Positions 47,901 through 56,618 of a DNA stretch of 64,000 nucleotides are shown here, in pieces. A model generated the notes under the pieces. The model ran no database searches. It was not told the origin of the DNA and saw only the letters and a list, made by a program, of their open reading frames with translations. Each line of letters opens with the position of its first letter. The stretch's first letter is position 1. This DNA is from an uncultured Solirubrobacterales bacterium. Lineage in GTDB: Bacteria; Actinomycetota; Thermoleophilia; Solirubrobacterales; JBBDJG01. The translations under genes were made by a program, and so were the position numbers. The stretch is from assembly GCA_963716195.1 (NCBI GenBank), contig OY970293.1:622909-686908 (forward strand). Direction: 5' to 3'.

Positions 47901-48302
47901 GATGCCTCGCTGCGGGTGTCCGCAGACGACGCGGGTCCTGCGCTCGACGCCGAGGCGAAAGAGGCTTACCGCCGCCGCGTCGAGGAGTTGCGGGACGAGA
48001 TCGAGGAGGCGGAGTCGTTCAACGATCCCGAGCGGGCGGCGCACGCCCGCGAGGAGATGGAGTTCCTGGCAGGTGAGCTGACGGCCGCCGTGGGGCTTGG
48101 GGGGCGCGATCGCAAGACTGCGTCGAGCGCCGAGCGTGCACGCGTGAGCGTGACCAAGGCGATTCGCGCGCTGATAAAGAGGATCGGCGACCACGACGCC
48201 GCACTCGGGCGTGAGCTCGAGGCTACGGTCCGCACCGGCACGTTCTGCGCGTACGAGCCCGATCCGCGGCGCCCCACGGACTGGCGGATCGATGCAGGAT
48301 GA
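44988..48302 (+). CDS. STAND-like AAA ATPase/TPR transcriptional regulator
   Basis: SGEPGIGKTRL, IVLDDLH, EGNAFF, FTHNLIRE; C-terminal REGDVW...ERARVSVT...VRTG domain. Confidence 0.85.
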   Translation: MVDRFRELAELEAALADARTRHGRVMLLSGEPGIGKTRLAEVAAEVGAAKHMLALWGRSWETAGAPAYWPWTQLLRTLISTRDTARLELEVGSGARWLAQVLPELCDLLPGTVASSQASEKARFAIFDAVASFLRRAAASDPLVIVLDDLHAADPASLLLLEFVARGIADSRILLLGTYQEAAARRRPEVEKLIGLLSRQTPTISLGGFEEEDLALLVEYRTGGRWSPELVKALHRATEGNAFFTNELIGLLAAEGEIKPTIDARGEHHFPLPDTVRETVRRRFEPLDAGTIAALEAAAVIGREFRTSTVERVTGEPALDHIDAAASAGLVRPVQGTIDRHRFTHNLIRETLYAELAASRRVDLHRAVGEALEAVYGEDPEHYAERAHHFAEAASAGYADKALEYAKKGAREAVRLYAYEQAAELYQLALDAAQLLEPDPERKAELMLAMGTARRGADQLGATETLLAAAEAARGLDDPRLFAEAALAVRAFLRGAGVVSDQPSAVLTEALERLEGGDPALRARVMARLATCQYYWPGSDSRRNTLVEEAVNLARGLDDPATLAHVLSNGQFATGSADTIERDLEWLNELLELARQIRDPDVELAARNRQIDALIEVDDVPAAGAAVREMERSITESSDPRTYGYLCVQRARLEIIAGRFEAAERLNAEASGEGLRLRDSLLIGLARDQISALRWWQGRFEEVEARVRELATQHVFLTWPTALALLHYDNGNLAEAQRHLEQVTIEELSDMRRYNDWLLEMALLAELCFRLRDGPRARSIYEQLAPYAGYNVISRQAAFLGPVSHYLALLAATQDDVELALEHLGQARDAAARLGSPVVLMRAELAEADVLSRRDQPQDRDRSVELLADVARIGEELGLERVVKQVRERLDGLGGAPPAAPAVLADGDVAASLCREGDVWAFGFEGRSVRVRDGRGVRHLAVLLANPGVEVHALELASPQGSVESGAAGRGDASLRVSADDAGPALDAEAKEAYRRRVEELRDEIEEAESFNDPERAAHAREEMEFLAGELTAAVGLGGRDRKTASSAERARVSVTKAIRALIKRIGDHDAALGRELEATVRTGTFCAYEPDPRRPTDWRIDAG

Positions 48303-48336
48303 CAATGACGTTCTGCCAGCCGGGTAGATTGCGACC

Positions 48337-49338
48337 GTGACGACTCCAAAGGACGCGGTCGAAGCGATCACGAATATCTCCGGCCGCTTCCCGGGCTGCC
48401 GCCCGGCGCACGCGAAGGGGACGATCTGCTCCGGCTACTTCACGCCGACGCCGGAGGCCGCGGAGCTGACGCGGGCGCCGCACATGCAGGCAGGCAGGAC
48501 GGAGGTAACCGTGCGGTTCTCGAACATCGTGGGGGATCCCCAGCGCCCGGACCCGAGCAAGCAGGTCCGGGGAATGGCGACGCGGTTCCACCTCGACGGG
48601 GACTCGCACATGGACGTCGTCGCCATCACGCTTTCGCGATTCTCGTCGCGCAACCCGGATGACTTCGTAGCGCTCAACCGCCTGGCGAGCAAGCAAGGTG
48701 GTCCGATCAAGAGGGCCCTGAACTGGACCCGGTTGGCGCTCTTCCTGACCAGGCACCCCGAGGCTGTGCGGACGCTGCTCGAGACCACGGTCTACGCCCC
48801 GCGCGCTGCGAGCTATGCGACCTGCCGTTACAACGCTCTCCACTCGTACAAGTGGATCGACGCCGACCAGCGCGAGCGCTACGTGCGCTACAGCTGGCTC
48901 CCGGCTGAGGGGGAGAAGAAGCTGTCACGGCGCCAGGCGCGCGGACTCGACCCTGACTTCCTCCAACGACAGCTGCGCTCGCGCCTTGGCCGCACGCCCT
49001 CACAACCCTTGCGGTTCCGCCTCCAGCTGCAGCTCGCCTCGGTGGACGACATGATCGCGAACCGGGTTTCGGACCCGACCGCGGTGTGGCCCGGTAAGCA
49101 GGGCGAGATCGTGACGGCGGGCGCGGGAGACAGGCGCAATCGCCTTGTGACCGCCGGACTGTTGGAGCTGGATTCGATCTGGAACGGAGAGCCCTCGGGC
49201 GCGGGCCTGGCACCCTTCAACGTGGTGCCGGCGGTGGACGGGATCGAGCCCTCGGACGACAAGACGCTGTCCTTCCGGCCCGCGGCCTATCAGCTGTCGT
49301 TTGAGATCAGGACAGGCGCTAAGGTGGGCGACACGTGA
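48337..49338 (+). CDS. Catalase-related heme protein (SrpA/mini-catalase type)
   Basis: RPAHAKG distal His, VRFSN, RGMATRF, DPTAVWP, FRPAAY proximal Tyr. Confidence 0.85.
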   Translation: MTTPKDAVEAITNISGRFPGCRPAHAKGTICSGYFTPTPEAAELTRAPHMQAGRTEVTVRFSNIVGDPQRPDPSKQVRGMATRFHLDGDSHMDVVAITLSRFSSRNPDDFVALNRLASKQGGPIKRALNWTRLALFLTRHPEAVRTLLETTVYAPRAASYATCRYNALHSYKWIDADQRERYVRYSWLPAEGEKKLSRRQARGLDPDFLQRQLRSRLGRTPSQPLRFRLQLQLASVDDMIANRVSDPTAVWPGKQGEIVTAGAGDRRNRLVTAGLLELDSIWNGEPSGAGLAPFNVVPAVDGIEPSDDKTLSFRPAAYQLSFEIRTGAKVGDT

Positions 49339-50255
49339 CCCTCGCAAGCCGTATCGGCAACCTGCTCGGCATCCTCCTTCCGGCCGCGGGCCTCGTGCTC
49401 GCGATCGTGCTGTTGTGGGGCAGCCTCGTCGGCATCGAAGCGCTGGCGATCACTGCGGCGATGTATTTCCTCACCGGCGGACTCGGGATCAGCGTCGGCT
49501 TCCACCGCCTGTTCTCGCACCGCTCATACGAGGTAGTGCGCCCGGTGCGCTTCGCACTCGCTGCGCTCGGGACGATGGCGATGATGGGACCGATCGTCAG
49601 ATGGGTCACGAACCACCGCAAGCACCACGCCTACACCGACGAGGAGGGCGACCCTCACAGCCCGCACTTGAGCCGAGGCAACGGCATTCGCGGCGCGATA
49701 TCAGGGCTCTGGCACGCCCACGTCGGCTGGATCTTCACCGACGAGCGCGCATCGCCGGAGCGCTACGCGCGCGACCTGATCGCCGATCCGGTCGTGATGT
49801 TCGTCCAGCGCACGTCGGCGCTGTGGGTCGCGCTCGGCCTTGCGCTTCCCTTCGCCGCCGGCTGGGCGATTGGCGGAACGCTCGAGGCGGCGCTGATCGC
49901 GCTGCTGTGGGGTGGAGCAGTACGGATATTCCTGGTCCACCACGCCACGTTCTCGATCAACTCGCTCTGCCACTTCGCCGGCCGCCGCCGCTTCCCCACG
50001 GAGGACGAGTCCCGAAACCTTGGCTGGCTCGCGCCCCTCTCGTTCGGCGAGTGCTGGCACAACAACCATCACGCCTTCCCGACGTCTCCCTTCCATGGCC
50101 TGCGCCGCCGAGAGCTCGACCCGGGCCGGGCCGTGATCCGGGCCCTGGAGCGGCTGGGCCTGGCCTGGAACGTGAAGCGCGTTCCCCCGGAGCGGCAGCA
50201 GGCGAGGCTCGAGGGCTCTTCGGTGGCGCCGGGCGTCGCGCCCTTTTCGCGCTGA
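49335..50255 (+). CDS. Membrane acyl-CoA (delta-9-like) desaturase
   Basis: His boxes HRLFSH, HRKHH, HNNHH; DPHSP; GTGA overlap with the catalase-like gene. Confidence 0.93.
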   Translation: MTLASRIGNLLGILLPAAGLVLAIVLLWGSLVGIEALAITAAMYFLTGGLGISVGFHRLFSHRSYEVVRPVRFALAALGTMAMMGPIVRWVTNHRKHHAYTDEEGDPHSPHLSRGNGIRGAISGLWHAHVGWIFTDERASPERYARDLIADPVVMFVQRTSALWVALGLALPFAAGWAIGGTLEAALIALLWGGAVRIFLVHHATFSINSLCHFAGRRRFPTEDESRNLGWLAPLSFGECWHNNHHAFPTSPFHGLRRRELDPGRAVIRALERLGLAWNVKRVPPERQQARLEGSSVAPGVAPFSR

Positions 50256-50262
50256 AGCCCGG

Positions 50263-50950
50263 GCATCAAAGGGGTAGGAGGGAAATCCCGCACCTTTACT
50301 CGGCCTGTCACGGGATCCGCGTCAACCATCCCGAGGCTGACACGGAAGACTCCCTCCTTCGATGCAGCAGTTGGTCCCTAGGGGCGGTCGCGCGCATCTG
50401 ACGAGGCACCGAAGGGGGGTGACGCTCGGAGGTCTGCCTTTTGGGAGCCCCTCGGATGGAACGATGCACTTTCGGGATGGGGTCCCCGTTGCTGTCGCTC
50501 TAATGCCGCCTATGGGGGCCAAAGCTTGCATGCTGCCGAGAGCGCATCACGGATCCCGCGTCAACCATCCCGAGGCTGACACTGAAGGCTCCCTCCTTCG
50601 ATGCAGCAGATAGTCCCTCCGTCCGGCTTCGCGCTATCGACGAGGCACCGAAGGGGATGGTGGAGGTCAGCCCTTCGCGAGCCCTTCGCGTTGAACGATG
50701 CACTCTCGCGATTAGGCCCCGATTGCTGATGTAGTTATGCCGCCTATAGGGGCCGAAGCTTGCATGCCCCCGAGAGCGCATCACCAATCCCGCGTCACCA
50801 TCCCGAGGCTGACACTGAAGGCTCCCTCCTTCGATGCAGCAGTTGGATCCCGCGGTCCGGGTTCACGGCTTTCGTGGTCACCGCAGGGTCGTGTCCCGAG
50901 GTCCGCCTCCTGCGAGCCCTTCGGATTGAACGTGACACTCTGGCGATCGT
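50263..50950 (+). repeat. Tandem array of short-type inverted-end/CTATAG elements (~233-239 bp period)
   Basis: Units 50263-50365 (internally deleted), 50406-50604, 50645-50837 and a partial unit at ~50877-50950; shared CGCGTCA(A)CCATCCCGAGGCTGACAC.GAAG.CTCCCTCCTTCGATGCAGCAG in the first three. Confidence 0.9.
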
Positions 50951-51070
50951 GGCAGCGCGTCGATCGTCCCGAGACCCACGCAAAGCCGCAAACCCCCCGC
51001 AAAAAGGCCAGATCCGCCTCTGTAACGGCCAGGTAACGATGTTCCACGCCATTTCACGCCTCTTAGGCAA

Positions 51071-53800
51071 ATGGCGCAACAGAGTGCAGATCAGCGAAGC
51101 ACGGACGGCTCGGGCACGGGCCGCACCACCGAGGGGGAGCTGCGAGCGATCATCGAGGCGCTCGGGAAGCGCGAGCTCCAGCTCGCCCAGGCCCAGCGGA
51201 TCGCCCACATCGGGAGCTGGGAGTGGGACATCGCCCCGGACCGCGTTGCCTGGTCCGACGAGCTGTACCGGGTCTTCGGCGTGGATGGCGACAGCGCTCC
51301 GTATGACTACTCGGGCTACGTCTCCCTGATCCACCCCGACGACCGCGATCAAGCTGAGGCGGAGATCGCCTGCGCTCTCGCCGAGGGAACGGCATTCGAG
51401 TTCGAGCATCGCATCGTGCGTCCTGACGGAAGCGTCCGGATCGTGCACTGCCACGGCGAGGTGGTCAGGGACGCCGAGGGCGTTGCCCAGCAGATGTTCG
51501 GCACTTGCCAAGACGTCACCGATCGGAGGCGGTTGGAGGAGGACAGCGCGCGCTTCTGGAGCCTGTCGCTGGACCTGCTCACGATCGTCGATGCCGACGG
51601 ACGAATCGAGGCGGTCAATCCGGCCCACCGTCAGCTGCTCGGTTACGAGGCCGGCGACCTGGAAGGTCGCCTGTTTGCGGATCTGGTCCATCCTGAGGAC
51701 CGAGCCCGCAGTCTCGAGAAGCTGAAGCGGCTCGTTGGGGGCGGTCCGGAGACGGCCGACTACGAGGTGCGGGTCAGAGCCAGGGACGGCTCTTACCGCA
51801 CCCTCCTTGCAAGCGCGCGCTACAGCGCACAGCAGGGTCTTGTCTACGCCGCAGCCAAGGACGTGACCGAGCGCAGGCGCGCGGAGGCGCAGGTCGAGCT
51901 GGAACGCGAGCTGGCGGTCGCGATCGGCGAAGCGAGCAGCTTCGAGGGTGCGCTCGGATTGGCGCTGTGCGTCATCTGCGAGCGCACCGGATGGGTGATC
52001 GGACAGGCCTGGATGCCCGCCGAGCACGGCTCGTACCTCGAGTGCAGCAGTCCCTGGCACTCGCAGCTGGAGCGGCTCGAGCCGTTCCGGCGTCGCAGCG
52101 AGGAAATGACGTTCGGGCCCGGGGAAGGGCTGCCGGGGAGGACCTGGTCGACCAAGCGGTCCATCTGGATGGCGGACGTGCGTTCAGACCCAGGGTTCGT
52201 GCGTTCGCAGATCGCCCGCGAGGTCGGGATCGGCGCCGGTCTCGGCGTCCCCGTCCTCGCCGGCGATGAGGTCGTGGCGGTGCTCGAGTTCTTCGTGCCC
52301 GAGGCCTGCGCGGAGGACGAGCAGCTGGTCGGGCTCGTGTCGGCCGCCGCGGCTCAGCTCGGTTTCCTCGTTCGCCGCAAGCAGGCCCAGGAGGCGTTGC
52401 GCACGAGCGAAGAGCGGTTCCGGCTGATGCTGGAGAACGTGCGCGAATACGCGATCTTGATGCTCGACGCGAGCGGCCACGTCGCCAGCTGGAATCCGAG
52501 TGCCCAGCGCATCACCGGCTACAGCGCCGACGAGATCGTCGGGTACCACATCTCCCGCTTCTACCTGCCCGAGGACGTTGCCGTGGGCGAGGCGGACCGG
52601 GAGCTCGAGCGGGCGATGGAAGAGGGCCGCAGCGAGCAGTCCGGCTGGCGGGTGCGCAAGGACGGCCTTCAGTACTGGGCCACCGTCGTCATAGCCGCGC
52701 TGCGCGACGACGCCGGCGAGCTGCGCGGATTCAGCTACGTCACGCACGACAGGAGCGAGCAAAAGCAGGCCGAGGAAGAGCTGCACAGGCTGTCCGCGAT
52801 CGTCGAGAACTCTGACGACGCCATCATCGGCACCACGCCCGAGCGCAGCATCGTCACCAGCTGGAACCGCGGCGCCGAGCGCCTGTTCGGCTACTCGGCG
52901 CGCGAGATGATCGGCCGGCCGGTGACGGCGGTCGTCCCGCCCGAGGAGCTGGCGGCGCTGAGTGACGCTCTCGACGGTCTGCGCGCCGGCAAGCGCCTCG
53001 ATCAGGTAGAGATGCAGGTACTGCGCCGCAACGACAGCCGCGTTGACGTGTCGTTGACGATCTCGCCGATCCGGCGCATGACGGGGGAGCTGAGCGGAGT
53101 GTCGCTGATCGCGCGCGACATCACCGAGCGCAAGCGGTCGCAGCGCACGCTGGAGCAGGCGCTCGGCACCTACCTCGACGCCGACGTTGCCGAGCACATC
53201 CTCAGGCACGGTCCATCGCTGGCGGGCGAAGAGGTCGACGTCAGCATGATGTTCGTCGACATACGCGACTTCACCGCCTTCGCCGAGCGGTTCGAGCCGG
53301 CTGAGGTGGTCGAGACTCTGAACCAGTTGTTCGAGCTCGCCGTGCCCATCATCGAGGAGCACGGCGGTCACGTCGACAAGTTCGTCGGCGACGGCCTGCT
53401 GGCCGTGTTCGGCACGCCGCAGCCGGAGCCCCGCCACGCATGCCACGCGCTGATGGCGGCGCTGGAGATCGAACGCGCCGCCGGTGAGCGCTTCCAGGGC
53501 GATCTCGAGATCGGGATCGGCGTTGACTCGGGCCGCGTGGTGGCCGGCAACGTGGGCGGCGGCGGCCGGATGGACTTCACCGTCATCGGCAGCGCGGTCA
53601 ACACGGCCTCACGCGTCGAGGCAGCCACGCGCGAGACCGGCGACACGCTGTTGATCACCGAGGCCACGGCACGCCGCGCGGGCGACTGCGGGGTAGTGCT
53701 CGAGAAGCGCTCGAACATCCTCCTCAAGGGCAAGAGCCGCGCGATCCCGCTGTACGCCGTGCTCGGTTCGCCAAGCGGACGCGACGATGAACGCCGCTGA
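51071..53800 (+). CDS. Multi-PAS/GAF class III adenylate/guanylate cyclase
   Basis: Four PAS domains, GAF (GEGLPG), MFVDIRDFT, KFVGDGL, FTVIGSAVNTASRVE, LKGK. Confidence 0.92.
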   Translation: MAQQSADQRSTDGSGTGRTTEGELRAIIEALGKRELQLAQAQRIAHIGSWEWDIAPDRVAWSDELYRVFGVDGDSAPYDYSGYVSLIHPDDRDQAEAEIACALAEGTAFEFEHRIVRPDGSVRIVHCHGEVVRDAEGVAQQMFGTCQDVTDRRRLEEDSARFWSLSLDLLTIVDADGRIEAVNPAHRQLLGYEAGDLEGRLFADLVHPEDRARSLEKLKRLVGGGPETADYEVRVRARDGSYRTLLASARYSAQQGLVYAAAKDVTERRRAEAQVELERELAVAIGEASSFEGALGLALCVICERTGWVIGQAWMPAEHGSYLECSSPWHSQLERLEPFRRRSEEMTFGPGEGLPGRTWSTKRSIWMADVRSDPGFVRSQIAREVGIGAGLGVPVLAGDEVVAVLEFFVPEACAEDEQLVGLVSAAAAQLGFLVRRKQAQEALRTSEERFRLMLENVREYAILMLDASGHVASWNPSAQRITGYSADEIVGYHISRFYLPEDVAVGEADRELERAMEEGRSEQSGWRVRKDGLQYWATVVIAALRDDAGELRGFSYVTHDRSEQKQAEEELHRLSAIVENSDDAIIGTTPERSIVTSWNRGAERLFGYSAREMIGRPVTAVVPPEELAALSDALDGLRAGKRLDQVEMQVLRRNDSRVDVSLTISPIRRMTGELSGVSLIARDITERKRSQRTLEQALGTYLDADVAEHILRHGPSLAGEEVDVSMMFVDIRDFTAFAERFEPAEVVETLNQLFELAVPIIEEHGGHVDKFVGDGLLAVFGTPQPEPRHACHALMAALEIERAAGERFQGDLEIGIGVDSGRVVAGNVGGGGRMDFTVIGSAVNTASRVEAATRETGDTLLITEATARRAGDCGVVLEKRSNILLKGKSRAIPLYAVLGSPSGRDDERR

Positions 53801-53857
53801 GGAGCGTTGCTTCGGGACCCGGCAGCGTTGACCAACCAGCCAGTATCCTCGGCCCTC

Positions 53858-55249
53858 GTGGCCGCGGCGCCTCCACCTGTCAGCTCGAACCCGCTGCGAC
53901 TGCTGTGGCAGGACTGGCGCGCGGACCGGCGGGCGCAGGTCGCGTTCCCGCCAGGGGACATGAACTTCAGCCTCGCGCGCATGCGCCGGTTCGATCGCGA
54001 CCCGCTCTCGCTACTCGTCGAGTGCTACGAGCGCTTCGGACCGATCTTCACGCTCAGGATCTTTCACCACAACGCGGTCTTCATGCTTGGACCGGCGGCC
54101 AATCACTACGTGCTGGTCTCGCACGCGAAGAACTTCGTCTGGCGCACCGGCCACTTCCGCGACCTGACTCACCTGATGGGGGATGGACTGCTCACGATCG
54201 ACGGCGCCTTTCACCGCACTCATCGCAAGCTGATGCTGCCCGCCTTTCACAGCGAGCAGATCCGCGCCGCCTCAACCGTGATGCAGGAGGAGGTGGACCG
54301 GGCGATCACCGACCTGCGGCCGGGCGAGATCGTCGACGTCTACGGCTGGACGCGGAGCGTCGCCCTGCGAGTCGCGATGCGAGCGCTGTTCGGATTCGAT
54401 CCCGACGCCGCCCGCGCCGGCGGCATGAATGCAGCCGAGGAGTTCGAGTCCGCGCTCTCCTTCTATGCGCACGACTTCCTGCTCCAGATGCTGCGCGGCC
54501 CGCTGACGCCGTTTTCGCGGCTCGTGCGTTCGCGCCGCCGTCTCGACGAGCTCGTCTACGCGGAGATCGACCGCCGCCGCCGGACGGGGGAACGCGGGAT
54601 GGACGTGCTGTCGCTGCTGCTCGACGCCAGCGACGAGGAAGGCGAGTCGCTCGAGCGCCGTCACGTGCGCGACGAGGTCATGACGCTGCTCTTCGCGGGC
54701 CATGACACGACCACGTCGACGGTCGCGTTCATGTTCTACGAGCTGTCGCGCAACCCGGAGGTGCTCGACGACCCGAGCATCTCCGTCGAGATGATCCTCG
54801 ACGAGACCCTTCGCAAGTACCCGCCGGCCTACATCGGCCCGCGCCGCGTCGTCGAGGACTTCGAGTTCAACGGGTACACGGTCCCCGGTGGGGCGCACCT
54901 GTCGTACTGCTCCTGGGCGAGCCACCACCTGCCGGACGTGTTCCCGGAGCCGGAGGCGTTCAGGCCGCACCGTTTCAGCGAGGAGGCCAAGGCGGCGCTG
55001 CCGCTCGGCGCGTACGTGCCATTCGGCGGCGGTTCGCGCACCTGCATCGGAATGCGGTTCGGCCAGGCGGAGATCGCGATCATCGCCCGCGCGATCCTCG
55101 AGCGCTACAGGCTCGAGCTCGTCCCGGGTTACGAGCTCAGCATCAGGCACGCGCCGACGATCTCACCGCGCGAGGGAATGCCGATGCGAGTGGTGCCGGC
55201 GGAGCGCCCGGCGGCCGTGCTCGCAGGCGCCGCGCAAGCGGCGGCGTAG
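53858..55249 (+). CDS. Cytochrome P450
   Basis: FAGHDTT, ETLR, FRPHRF, PFGGGSRTCIG; start may instead be 53807. Confidence 0.93.
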   Translation: MAAAPPPVSSNPLRLLWQDWRADRRAQVAFPPGDMNFSLARMRRFDRDPLSLLVECYERFGPIFTLRIFHHNAVFMLGPAANHYVLVSHAKNFVWRTGHFRDLTHLMGDGLLTIDGAFHRTHRKLMLPAFHSEQIRAASTVMQEEVDRAITDLRPGEIVDVYGWTRSVALRVAMRALFGFDPDAARAGGMNAAEEFESALSFYAHDFLLQMLRGPLTPFSRLVRSRRRLDELVYAEIDRRRRTGERGMDVLSLLLDASDEEGESLERRHVRDEVMTLLFAGHDTTTSTVAFMFYELSRNPEVLDDPSISVEMILDETLRKYPPAYIGPRRVVEDFEFNGYTVPGGAHLSYCSWASHHLPDVFPEPEAFRPHRFSEEAKAALPLGAYVPFGGGSRTCIGMRFGQAEIAIIARAILERYRLELVPGYELSIRHAPTISPREGMPMRVVPAERPAAVLAGAAQAAA

Positions 55250-55257
55250 AGGCGGGC

Positions 55258-56343
55258 TCAGGTCCGGTGGCCGGCCTGCGCCGCGGCCGGCGGCTGCTCC
55301 AGCTCGTGCCACGGTGAGTCGTCCGCCGTTGCGCCGGCCCCGCGACGCTTCGCGCGGTACAGCGCTTGGTCCGCCACGCGTGTGAGGTCGTCAAGCGTGT
55401 GCCCGTCCCGATCGTATATCGCGACGCCGAAGCTGATGCCGACGCGGGTCGCGCCCACATACGTGTGGTCGCGTACCGCGTGCCGAATCCGCTCCCCGAT
55501 CTCCCGCGCTCCTTCCTCGTTCGTGTCGGGCAGGATGATCGCGAACTCGTCGCCGCCGACGCGGGCCGCAACGTCCACGGCGCGCAGCTCCGAGGGCAGT
55601 CGCCTGCCGAGCTCGGTGAGCGCCGCGTCTCCCGCGACATGGCCCAGGCGGTCGTTTATCTGCTTGAGGTGGTCGAGGTCGGCGAGCAGGAACGCGAACG
55701 GGCGCTCGGTGCGGATTGCCCTCCCGACCTCCTGGGCGAAGTGCTCCTCGAAGGCAAGCCGGTTCGGCAGCCCCGTGAGGCGGTCGGTGCGGGCCGCTCG
55801 CTCGAGGTCGGCGACGAGCCGGGCGATCCGCGCGCTCAGCATGCTCACGACGATCGCCGAGCCGATCACCAGTCCGATCGTGCTGAGCCAGCGGCTGACG
55901 CCGATGGCGCCCGGGTCGATTGCGATCAGCGTGATGGCGTACGCGAGTGCGATCAGGCCGGCCTGCAACGTCGTGGCCAGCGGTCCGAGGAAGTACGCCG
56001 CGTACAGGACCACCCACAGGTAGTACATCTCGTCGCCACCTGCCGGGCCGCCGTGGCGCTCGCCGTTGAACAGCAGGGCGAGCGAGATGAGCACCGTCCC
56101 GGCCGCGACCACGGCGTGGAAGACCCAGCCCGGGAGCCGCTCCGCACGCGCCCTCAGCAGCGCGGCCATCAGCCCGGCAGCGCCGGCTACGGCGGCGAGC
56201 CCGGCCTCGTCCACCTCGGGCTGGTGCGGAAGGACGAGCCCGGCCATCGTGACAAGCGAGGCGCCGCCGAACAAGAGCGCGCCGAAGCGCGCCATTTGGC
56301 GGCGATGGGCAACCGTGCCTGCCTGTCCCGACGCTTCCCGCAT
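55258..56343 (-). CDS. Membrane diguanylate cyclase
   Basis: TM N-terminus; TDRLTGLPNR, DLDHLKQINDRLGHVAGD, RVGGDEF. Confidence 0.92.
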   Translation of the reverse strand: MREASGQAGTVAHRRQMARFGALLFGGASLVTMAGLVLPHQPEVDEAGLAAVAGAAGLMAALLRARAERLPGWVFHAVVAAGTVLISLALLFNGERHGGPAGGDEMYYLWVVLYAAYFLGPLATTLQAGLIALAYAITLIAIDPGAIGVSRWLSTIGLVIGSAIVVSMLSARIARLVADLERAARTDRLTGLPNRLAFEEHFAQEVGRAIRTERPFAFLLADLDHLKQINDRLGHVAGDAALTELGRRLPSELRAVDVAARVGGDEFAIILPDTNEEGAREIGERIRHAVRDHTYVGATRVGISFGVAIYDRDGHTLDDLTRVADQALYRAKRRGAGATADDSPWHELEQPPAAAQAGHRT

Positions 56344-56386
56344 CTTCCGGGACAGGTATCGGCCTGCCGTGGTCCGGTCTGAAGAA

Positions 56387-56536
56387 TCACCTCCGGAAGA
56401 AGACGGCCGCGCCTACTCCGGCCAGGAGCACGCCGGCCCAGAAGATGCCCTGGGCGCCGGAGGCGCCGCTGACGGCCCAAGCCATCAGCACGCCGATCAC
56501 GATCAGCGGCAATCCGACCTCCCACCGCCAGCGCAC
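56387..56536 (-). CDS. Small two-TM membrane protein
   Basis: MRWRWEVGLPLIVIGVLMAWAV...IFWAGVLLAGVGAAVFFRR. Confidence 0.55.
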   Translation of the reverse strand: MRWRWEVGLPLIVIGVLMAWAVSGASGAQGIFWAGVLLAGVGAAVFFRR

Positions 56537-56618
56537 GGTGGTGCGGCCGGCCGGTTCCCGGAAGCCACGCTTGCGGGTATCGCGCAGGCGACGCACGGCT
56601 CTCCTATCGTACGGACGC

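Noticed and set aside
50263-50950. CRISPR array
   Set aside because: The period is about 235 bp, inter-repeat sequences are homologous to each other, and there are no cas genes
50322-51047. Short ORFs across the tandem array
   Set aside because: Frames are not conserved between units and codon usage is atypical; these are by-products of the repeat
54740-54830. Short I-to-K helix segment in the P450 as a sign of pseudogenisation
   Set aside because: The frame and all core motifs are intact, and short J regions occur in bacterial P450s
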